A stretch of 44,023 bases of DNA from a virus. Lineage: Duplodnaviria > Caudoviricetes. The stretch lies in the IMG/VR virus record IMGVR_UViG_3300017700_000404, positions 1 to 44,023 of that record; one strand, written 5' to 3'. Shown here one piece after another: positions 26,291-35,000 of the stretch; the stretch's first letter is position 1, and every line of letters begins with the position of its first letter. Position numbers and translations under genes: made by a program. Under the pieces are notes generated by a model. The model did not search any database and was not told the DNA's origin. It saw nothing but the letters and a program-made list of their open reading frames with translations.

Positions 26291-26846
26291 TAGCAAGATC
26301 ATCCTTGGTCTGCCATCATTACCATCAGACTCACTGCCAAAAGAGCTGTGGGATGACTTTAAAATTGTGTACAATGCCATTAGAAACTTAGCAGAAGGTG
26401 TGTCAGTTTATGCAGGCGTTGATGATGTTGATCCTAGCGAGTGGGCTGATAGTCCTTTCAGAGACACTATTTTAACGGCTAATCTTACCCGCATGTACCC
26501 GATAGCTACTGTTCCAATCATAGCAGGGCAGATTGTTAATCTGTTTGACAATGCTGGCAGTATTGATGCTAGGTTAGCAAGTGCTAGCAGTGCTCTCACA
26601 CTGGCCCATGGAGTTGCCATGACTAGTGCAGCAGCAGGCCAGCGCATTCATATGCAATGGTTGCGTAGTTACATTAACAACATTGGTGGGATGGTTCCTG
26701 GAATCCTGTACTGGTTAAGTCCCACTCCTGGAGCTATTCAAAATATTCCACCAACTGTAGTTGGTACTATTCGTCAACCTATTGGTTTGTCTATCGGTGC
26801 AGCAGAAATGCTAATGGAAATTCCCCTTCAATACTTTCAAAACTAG
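26277..26846 (+). CDS. Putative virion protein
   Basis: GGAGG RBS; AHGVAMTSAAAG...PGILYWLS...QPIG beta motif seen in phage structural proteins. Confidence 0.6.
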   Translation: MAIDSSKIILGLPSLPSDSLPKELWDDFKIVYNAIRNLAEGVSVYAGVDDVDPSEWADSPFRDTILTANLTRMYPIATVPIIAGQIVNLFDNAGSIDARLASASSALTLAHGVAMTSAAAGQRIHMQWLRSYINNIGGMVPGILYWLSPTPGAIQNIPPTVVGTIRQPIGLSIGAAEMLMEIPLQYFQN

Positions 26847-26854
26847 GAACTACT

Positions 26855-27370
26855 ATGATACCAGTTATACTTGCAGGCTTGCTCACTAAACTCGCAGAAA
26901 ACGGCTTGAACCTGATTGGTAATGCTGTCATCAACAAAGGGAAAGATTACGTTGAGAAGGAGCTTGGAGTTTCTCTTGATGATGCTACCACATCTGAAGC
27001 GGGCCTAATCCAATTGCAGCAACTGCAGAATGACAAGGAAGAATTTCTGTTGACAGCCGCACTGGAAGATAAGAAAGTGGAGTTGGACTACTACAAGGTA
27101 GACGCAGCTGACAGAGATTCGGCCAGAAAGCGGGAGATGGCAATTGCGGCTACTGACAGTAGCTGGCTAGCTAAAAACATTGTACCCATTCTTGCACTGG
27201 TAGTGACAATTGGTGGTGGACTTGGTGTGATCTACAGTCCTGATTCTGATGTACGACTAGGTCTTACTAGTGTGGTAACTCTTGTACTTGGTTACTATTT
27301 TGGCACTAGTAAAGGCAATGACCGCCAAAGTGCTGCCATCCAGAATCTATCTCAAGGAGTTTCCAAATGA
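26855..27370 (+). CDS. Holin (3TM/GTA-holin-like)
   Basis: DRDSARKRE, two C-terminal TM helices, YYFGTS motif; adjacent to the endolysin. Confidence 0.75.
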   Translation: MIPVILAGLLTKLAENGLNLIGNAVINKGKDYVEKELGVSLDDATTSEAGLIQLQQLQNDKEEFLLTAALEDKKVELDYYKVDAADRDSARKREMAIAATDSSWLAKNIVPILALVVTIGGGLGVIYSPDSDVRLGLTSVVTLVLGYYFGTSKGNDRQSAAIQNLSQGVSK

Positions 27371-27726
27371 CACTCGGCCAACAACAGGAACTGTTTGCTA
27401 AGCACGCAGTGATGCTCATTAATCAAGCCTGGGAGTTAGGCTTTCAAGTACGCTTGGGAGAAGTACAGCGTCCTATTGAGATGCAAGAAATCTATGTGCG
27501 CACGGGTCGTAGTAAGACTATGGACAGCCAGCATATCAAGAAACTGGCAATTGACCTAGTACTTTTGCGTGATGGCAAGATCTGTACGCATGAAGAAATT
27601 AAACCACTAGGAATCTGGTGGGAGAGACTTGATGTTAAGAACCGCTGGGGCGGCAGCTGGAGAGGTTTGATAGAAGCTAGAAAGTCTACCTTTGTAGATG
27701 CTCCCCACTTTGAGCGACAGGGCTAA
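27367..27726 (+). CDS. Endolysin, M15 family peptidase
   Basis: R...Q, SQHIKKLAIDL, RWGGSW, DAPHFE zinc-peptidase motifs. Confidence 0.88.
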   Translation: MTLGQQQELFAKHAVMLINQAWELGFQVRLGEVQRPIEMQEIYVRTGRSKTMDSQHIKKLAIDLVLLRDGKICTHEEIKPLGIWWERLDVKNRWGGSWRGLIEARKSTFVDAPHFERQG

Positions 27727-27763
27727 TTCGCTACTAGCTTCTTCTAGTTATTTATGAGATACT
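27725..27763 (+). promoter_or_regulatory. Candidate late promoter AATTCGCTA-N18-TTATGAGAT (copy 2)
   Basis: Matches 13548-13583; includes TGaGATACT extended -10. Confidence 0.6.
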
Positions 27764-27792
27764 GCTTTTAATGAATTCACACGGAGTCTGCT

Positions 27793-29823
27793 ATGGCTGA
27801 TCCTATCCAATATCAATCTGCTTTGCCTGCACTGTTGACACAACTGCTAGGGACCACTAGCAAGTCTGGTGGAGGTACAACTACCAGTTCTGGCAGCAGC
27901 ACGTCTACTGCTAACACTGATCCGCTGATGCAGATTTTCGGCCAGCAGATGGGTACTAGTACTCCTGCTGGTATGCAAGCATTGCTGGGAGAGCTGTTCT
28001 CTCAAGGCGCGCAGCAGGTTCCCGTACTGACGGATGCTTATGCTAACGCCCGTGGCGCACGTAGCAGTGGTAACTCTGGTTTAGCCCTTGCTATTGCTGA
28101 GTTGAACAAAGGACTTACTGGCCAAGCTGCCACACTGCTCGGTGACCAGCAGGCTAAGACTAGCAACACAGCAGCTGCAATTGCAAATGCTAGCCGTGGC
28201 ACGAGTGAAACTCGCACGCAAGTGAATCCTGCAACTACTACAACTACAGGTAATCCTAAGGCCGCAGCAGGTCTGGGAGCTGCAGGCTTCGCATTGAATG
28301 CTGCTGACAAGATGGGACTGCTCAAAGGACTCAAAGGCAGTGTTGGCAATATGTTCACTGGAACTCCTGGTGCTGGCGCTATGCCACTTGATGCTAATAG
28401 TCTGACAATGAACTATGACAGCTATGATTTGCAAGGGGGCGCAGGATTGCAGCCATTTGCTGCTTCTCCCATGGACATGTCTGGTGGATTTGCTCCTGAC
28501 ACAGGTTCTGCTAATTTCCCAACTCTGGGCAGTTTTGACATGTTTGGAGGAGGTGGTGGTTTTGATCCTAGCATGTATGACCTCTCTGGCTTTGGTGGCG
28601 ACTTTGCTAATGGATTTGCCAGTAGTGGCGGAGTTTTAGATGAAGCAGCACTCGGGGGTGCTGGATTTGAAAACTACGATGCTTATGACTTGCAAGGTGG
28701 AACTGATTGGTTCTCTGATGCTGCTAGCAGCGTAGGAGATTTCTTTGGTGGCTGGTTTGCGGATGGTGGTGTCATTCGTCCACAGTATCCCACTGCTAGC
28801 TTTAATCATCGTATGAAAGTAGCACCTCCAATGCCAACTGTACGAACAGTTCCAAACAACAGCTACGCTGATGGAGGCATGGTAAGAAATAAGAACTACA
28901 TGGGTGGGCCTCTCAGTCGTGGCATGGGCAGTGGAGCTGTTAACTATGCTCCTCGTCCAATGCAACAAGAATCAGCTCCTGGCAGTACTATGAGCAACAG
29001 TAGTCAAGGCGGAGGTAGCATGACGAGTGGAATGCTATTAAGTCAGCCTGCCCTACTTGAGCGTATTCTTCAAGATAATGCTAGAAGGGCAGTTACTCTT
29101 GATACTACTGGAGGAGGCGGTGACAGTACTGCCAGCACTTCTGACGGAACTGTTGGTTCTGTAGCAAGTAACAGTGCAGCTGTTGGTGGTATGGCTATGA
29201 GTGCTCTTGGCATGTTTGCACCTATGGCAGCAATGGCATTGGGGATGATGACTAATACTCCTAGCATGCAAACCCAAGCAGTTCAAGCACTGGCTCAAGC
29301 AATTGGAATTGGCGGTGGTGGCGGTGGAGGTCCTGGTGGTCCTGGTGATAATGACGGAGGGAATGCAGCTGCTAATGCGGCCAGTCCTAGCAACTCTCCT
29401 GCTGCTACTGGTATGGATGCTCAAGCTGCTGAGAACGCAGCTAATGCTGCTATGGGAGCAGATGCTAGCGCAGGCAGTTCTGGAGCTTCTGCAGGAGGTG
29501 GGCCTGGTGGTGGCGATACCGATGCTGGTAGTTCTGGAGCTGGCGCAGGTCCTGGAGCAGATGCTGGCGGCGGTCCTGGATCTGGCGGTGATGGTACAGG
29601 ATCTGGTGGTGATGCTGCTGGTGATGGTGGCAGCTGGGCAGATGGAGGTTATCTAAAAGGCCCCGGCACTGGTATCAGTGACAGCATTGACATTAAAGCT
29701 GCCAATGGCGAGTTCATCTTTAGCAAGGATGTGGTAGACATGCTTGGAGTTGATCTGCTTCAGCAGATTCAAGATAAGCTGCACACTCCAGCAGCAGTTC
29801 AGAAAGCAGCTGGAGCACGCTAA
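27793..29823 (+). CDS. Gly/Ser-rich putative ejection (pilot) protein
   Basis: First of three internal-virion-type genes; three (F/Y/W)ADGG motifs; C-terminal GPGTGISDSI...NGEF motif. Confidence 0.65.
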   Translation: MADPIQYQSALPALLTQLLGTTSKSGGGTTTSSGSSTSTANTDPLMQIFGQQMGTSTPAGMQALLGELFSQGAQQVPVLTDAYANARGARSSGNSGLALAIAELNKGLTGQAATLLGDQQAKTSNTAAAIANASRGTSETRTQVNPATTTTTGNPKAAAGLGAAGFALNAADKMGLLKGLKGSVGNMFTGTPGAGAMPLDANSLTMNYDSYDLQGGAGLQPFAASPMDMSGGFAPDTGSANFPTLGSFDMFGGGGGFDPSMYDLSGFGGDFANGFASSGGVLDEAALGGAGFENYDAYDLQGGTDWFSDAASSVGDFFGGWFADGGVIRPQYPTASFNHRMKVAPPMPTVRTVPNNSYADGGMVRNKNYMGGPLSRGMGSGAVNYAPRPMQQESAPGSTMSNSSQGGGSMTSGMLLSQPALLERILQDNARRAVTLDTTGGGGDSTASTSDGTVGSVASNSAAVGGMAMSALGMFAPMAAMALGMMTNTPSMQTQAVQALAQAIGIGGGGGGGPGGPGDNDGGNAAANAASPSNSPAATGMDAQAAENAANAAMGADASAGSSGASAGGGPGGGDTDAGSSGAGAGPGADAGGGPGSGGDGTGSGGDAAGDGGSWADGGYLKGPGTGISDSIDIKAANGEFIFSKDVVDMLGVDLLQQIQDKLHTPAAVQKAAGAR

Positions 29824-32003
29824 TGGAATTTAAGCTGGAAGATGTTCTTGCAGAAATTGATAAACAAGCAAATGCTTTCGGTGTCAATCCACGTACTGCT
29901 AAAGCTATTGTTGTTGCTGAGAATACTGATAGCGGAAGCCTAGCTAAAAAGACTGTCTATAGAGGTGATGCTGTCAGTCCTAAAGGTGCTAGCGGTGTTA
30001 TGCAAGTTATGCCTGATACTGCTAAGGGACTCCAGCAAGCAGGCTTTCTTCCTGCTGATTGGAAGCACGATCCTGCTAACTTGAGTAGCCAAGTACAGGC
30101 AGGACTTGCTGCTATCAAAGAGAAGATTGGTAGGATGAACAATCCTGATGATCTTGGCGAACTTGCTAGTGTGTACAATGGGAGTAGCAAAACTCACCGT
30201 GCATATAAAGCTGGTAACATGACCGCACTTCCAGCAGAGACACAGCACTATATTACGAAACTCAGGAGAGCTGACATGGAACTAGGTGGAACTCAAGGGA
30301 ATAATCCCAGTGCATACATGCCACCAGCAGATCCTGCTGCTAATTCAACCACGCCTACAGCTGGCCGCAGTACAACTCGCTCAGTTACTTATGACCCAGG
30401 CCAGATGGATGGTTTCATGAGTAGCGTCATGTCAGCAGTTCGTCCCGGCGGTGCTTTTGACATTACCACGCAAGCTGTTGTTAATGCAGGCGCTCAGCGT
30501 CAGTTGCTTAGTCAAGATGTAGTCAATGCTGTAACTGCTAAAGGTGAAGCAGCTGCTGCTGAGGCAGGTGCGGTAGCAACTCGAACTGCCGCGGGTGAAG
30601 CACGAAGGGCACAGATTCTTACTGCTGCTAACCTCAATCCAGATGCTAATGAGAATGCAATGATGCAAGCAATGGATATAGTGAACAAGACTGATGCACA
30701 GCTAGCAGCTATGAAGCCTGAGATTGATGCTCGCATGTCTGTTGGTTTCTTTGACAACCCACTTGAGTGGCTGATTAATCAGACTCGTTTGCCAGGAATG
30801 GTAGAGCAATACAATGGAGTTGTTAGTACTCAAAAGAATGCTCAGCAAGCATTTGCTAGCAGGGCAAGCATTGCTAACACTCAGCAGCAGATTAGTTCTA
30901 GCATGGATGCTGACTTGATTCTACAACAAGGCAAAGCTACTGCTACTCGTGTTGCAGCTGACGCTGCTGAAGCTGCTGGCCGTGTGAAACTAGAAACTGC
31001 CGGAGCTGAAGCTAGGGATGCGTTAACTTCTATGCAACTCCTAGGTCAGAAGATTGGCTTGCAAGGACAAGCACTGCAGCTCTCTCGTCAGACTGTCAGT
31101 GAGACAGCAGGAGAAACTGACAAAGCTAAAGCAGCCAGAGCTGAGGAAGAATCCTTGGCAGGGGTTAACAAGGTGCTAGTAGCAGCTGGTGGTAATCCAA
31201 TTGCTAGCGTAGCTCAATTCAAGCAGCTTCCATCTGCTAAGAAAGAAGTGCTGCTTAGTGCTGCAACTAGCGGAAAGTTTGGTAAGAATTTTGCTGAGAG
31301 TTTTGAACTACTGTACAATGATGGCAATCAAGATAAAGTAGCAGCTGGTGGCGGAGCTACTGTTGTTCATTGGGTTCGAGGTACTGCGGGGGCTGCTGGC
31401 ACTGTTGTGCAGCAAGAGCAACTGACTGCTGAGAAACTCAAGCAAAAGTACGATCCCAAGAAGCAACTACCAGAAGAACTGAATAAATTGCAGACTCAGT
31501 ATGAAGCTCAAGCTAACAGTGATATGCGGCTTGCTACTCAGTACAACCCATACAAGTTAGATTATGGCACAATGAGCAAGTTGCCTGAGTTGCAGACCAA
31601 TGCACTAGCTGCTTGGATTAACAAGTACGGTCCCAAAGGCACTGAGCCAATGATGGCACAAGTGGACGAGCAATATATTGTTCAACGATTTGCTCAATCA
31701 GTAGCACAGGGAACCATGACAGTAGCAGCGGCTGCTAAAGAACTCAGTGACTACTATCGGATTACTACAGCGAAGCAAGCGGAACTGACACAGTACTCTC
31801 TGTTTGGCATGAGCAGGCCTGAGAAAACTTACGCAGTTCGTATCAAAGATACTGACTTCTCTACAATGCCAGTTGATTTGGGTAATCCAACTCAAGTAGA
31901 AAACTTGCTAGTTAAGCGAGTTGCATTTGATCGTCGCTTTGAATCTGTCAAGACTCCAATGCGCTATCCTGCTAGCACTCAAGCAATTCAGTGGAAAGAA
32001 TAA
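29823..32003 (+). CDS. Internal virion protein with N-terminal lytic transglycosylase (SLT) domain
   Basis: AIVVAEN, AVSPKGASGVMQVMPDTA, YNG motifs, followed by an Ala/Gln-rich helical region. Confidence 0.85.
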   Translation: MEFKLEDVLAEIDKQANAFGVNPRTAKAIVVAENTDSGSLAKKTVYRGDAVSPKGASGVMQVMPDTAKGLQQAGFLPADWKHDPANLSSQVQAGLAAIKEKIGRMNNPDDLGELASVYNGSSKTHRAYKAGNMTALPAETQHYITKLRRADMELGGTQGNNPSAYMPPADPAANSTTPTAGRSTTRSVTYDPGQMDGFMSSVMSAVRPGGAFDITTQAVVNAGAQRQLLSQDVVNAVTAKGEAAAAEAGAVATRTAAGEARRAQILTAANLNPDANENAMMQAMDIVNKTDAQLAAMKPEIDARMSVGFFDNPLEWLINQTRLPGMVEQYNGVVSTQKNAQQAFASRASIANTQQQISSSMDADLILQQGKATATRVAADAAEAAGRVKLETAGAEARDALTSMQLLGQKIGLQGQALQLSRQTVSETAGETDKAKAARAEEESLAGVNKVLVAAGGNPIASVAQFKQLPSAKKEVLLSAATSGKFGKNFAESFELLYNDGNQDKVAAGGGATVVHWVRGTAGAAGTVVQQEQLTAEKLKQKYDPKKQLPEELNKLQTQYEAQANSDMRLATQYNPYKLDYGTMSKLPELQTNALAAWINKYGPKGTEPMMAQVDEQYIVQRFAQSVAQGTMTVAAAAKELSDYYRITTAKQAELTQYSLFGMSRPEKTYAVRIKDTDFSTMPVDLGNPTQVENLLVKRVAFDRRFESVKTPMRYPASTQAIQWKE

Positions 32004-32004
32004 C

Positions 32005-35000
32005 ATGAGTCTCTTTAATTCTGCAATGGCAACTGCTGCTGATACCACTAGCGTACAGGCTGGTGGACAGACTATTTTTGAGCAAGCTGGAGACGCTCTC
32101 ACTTATGGAACTGGTGCGGCAGTACTCAGTGGACTTGGCAGCATCTACAATACAGCAGCAGCTGGCATTAATCTTCTTGGTGGCAGTGTTGAAGAAATTG
32201 ATACATACAAGAAGCTGCAAGAAATTGACACCAATTGGGCAGAGTACTATAAGCAGAATGAGACTGCTGTAGATGTAGTTGGCTTCATTGGTAGCAGTTT
32301 CATTCCTGGCACCGCTGCTGTTAAGGGCTTGAACATGGCAAGAGCTGGCAGTGGTGCTGGTGCTTTTGGCCGTGCTCTTGGCTTTGCTAGGACAAAACAA
32401 GCTGAAGCATTAGATGCAGCACTAGTAGAACTAGCTGCTGAGGGAGGAACTGTTTTCTCTCGTATCAACAAGAACAAACTCGCAGCTATTGGTTGGGGGT
32501 TTGCAGATCAAACACTTACCGCCGCAGCTTTTGAAACTGGCGTGGCTCTCACTATGAAGCAGTCCCCATTACTAGCTGACGATAGCTGGTGGGACATTGG
32601 TAAAACTGCTCTGATGGGCGCTGCATTTGGTGGTGTCATTGGAGGAAGTATCGATGGGCTCATACTTAACAAGAGTTTTAAGAGCGCTGTTAAAGCTATT
32701 GACAGCAAACAAAGGAATTATGATTATGCTAGTAGTCTGGACGGCGTTTCTCTGGACGTTGGCGATAAGGCTTTTGCTATCGTTAACTCACTAGTTGATC
32801 TGCCTAAGGATGTACTACCAGCTGATAAGATCTTGGAACTTAGCTTTCATCTTGCTGCTGGTCCTGCTGTCAGGAAAGTGGATATCAGCAAGATTTTGGG
32901 AAACACCTTAGAAGGCACTAAGCGTAGCAGCTTGCTAGACTTTGAGACTACCTTGCAGCAACTCAGTCCTGACAGCACTGTTACTCAGAGTTTTGCTCAT
33001 TTTGCTCTTGATCGCTTTGTCAAACTGCGAGATACTGGTGCTACTCCTACTCAGATCAAAGATCAACTCGGAGATATTCTCTTTGAGTTGAAAGCAGTTC
33101 GTGCTGCTGTTGATGAACCAATGGTAGCTGGTCAGGATCTGTGGTACTTCAAGAAAGCTATGAGTGCTGAAGATCTGGCTAAGATTGAGAACATTACTGA
33201 TTGGGAGAAAGCTATCCGTAGCAATTCTCCCTTTGCTGAGAATGCTTACAAAAAGCCGTACGTCTTTCTTGGCAGCAACGAGCAACGGCTGCAATCTTTC
33301 AAAGATGCTGCATACATTGGTCGTGAAGGTGACAACGGATTTAAGAATTTGTCAGAAGCGTGGAAGTCTGGCAAGGATGTAGCCTTTATGCCAGATGGAA
33401 CTCTGCGTGTCAATGATAGTAGCGCACTCTGGAAGCGAGTAGATGATCCTGTCTACGGTTCTAGTCGTTTCATCAATACCCGCACAGGTGCTATTACTGA
33501 GAACACAGTTCTTACTGCCGCTGATCGCCTTGCTAAGGGCAAGTCACTAGATGCCAGTGCTCTCAAGAAAGATGCTGTCTACTTGCCTACGCAAGCTGGA
33601 ACTAAAGTCATTGATATGAAGAAGTTTCGTCCTGATGGCGATACTGAGTATTTTACTGCTCGTCATGCATGGGCAAGTAAGCTGGCTGACAAAGACTTGC
33701 CAGACACTATTGACGTCACTGACTTCTCACTCATGGATCGTCTCCGTACTAGAACACTGACGGGTAGTGAAGATGGCTCAGATGCTAGTCCGCTCATCAC
33801 TTCTGGTGACAGGGTTCTTGGAACTGCTGACGAGATTGGCTTAGTTGATGTTATCAAGTCTGCGAAACTTTCAGAAGCTCAGCGTCTTTTCATGGAAGCA
33901 GCAGAAGCGGGCAAAGAACTTGATGTTCGTGCTGTTGCTTACCAGTTGAACGTAGATGCTCAGTGGCTAGAGAATGCTGTAGCTAGCAGGTTCAAAGAAT
34001 CCATGGCGGGTACGCTGGATATTGGCAGCAAGAGAATTGATCCGCAGCAAGGTATTGCACTCGATCTCAATAGCTACACTCGTCGGGAGAATCTGATAGC
34101 TGAGTTCTCTCGGCCACAACAATTCCGCGAACTCGATCTTATCACTCCTGAAATGACTTGGCAGCAGAAGCGGAACTTGATTCAAGAATCCGTAGCTGCT
34201 AGTGGTGGCCAGTTTGTAACTGGTGAACTTGCCTGGGGTATGCGAGTACGAGAAGCTGTAATGCTCAACAGGAACGCAGCTACGGCAGTTCTTGGGAGTG
34301 AGCGGGCTGGTCAGCTAATTGATCTATCTCAGGATGCTGCTAAACTTGCTGACTCCACAGGTGTTGGTGCTAGTACCTTTGGAAGTGCCAATGCTAACTA
34401 TGGAGAAACTCTTAAGCTGTGGGCGCAAGATACTGGCAAGCATACACACAAATGGATTCAGGAAGAGGTTGATACTGTTGTCACTGCTATGGGTAGCGTT
34501 AGCATCAAGCTGCGAGCTGACCCAGAAGCTGCAGCAGAACTTGGTATTCTTACCAACCTGCTTCGTAGCAGTGAGGACAAATATGTCTGGAGTTCACTGA
34601 CTCCTAAGCAGCTGATCTTGAAAGAATTGAAAGCAGTTGAGAACGATCCTGTCAAGTACAAAGCAGCTCTTGATGATGCTACTGGCAATGGCAAGCGTGC
34701 TATGATTGATGTCGAGAGTGATACAGCTGTCGAGTTTCTCAAAACTCACACCAGCCTCAACAGTGACAGACTGAACAAACGAACAGTTCTGAACAATGCT
34801 AAAGGCTTTCAATCTAACATTGACCCTGATGTTGTCTATGTTCCACCGATTGATACTACGTACTTTCAGCACTTTGCATTCGTGCGACCAGTGCAAGGTA
34901 AGGCGTTTGGAACTAGTGAAGTATCAATGGTATTTGGTAGGAATGCTGATGAACTTAGTAAGAGAATTGCTAGCGTCGATCGTCAGAACTTTGACGTCAT

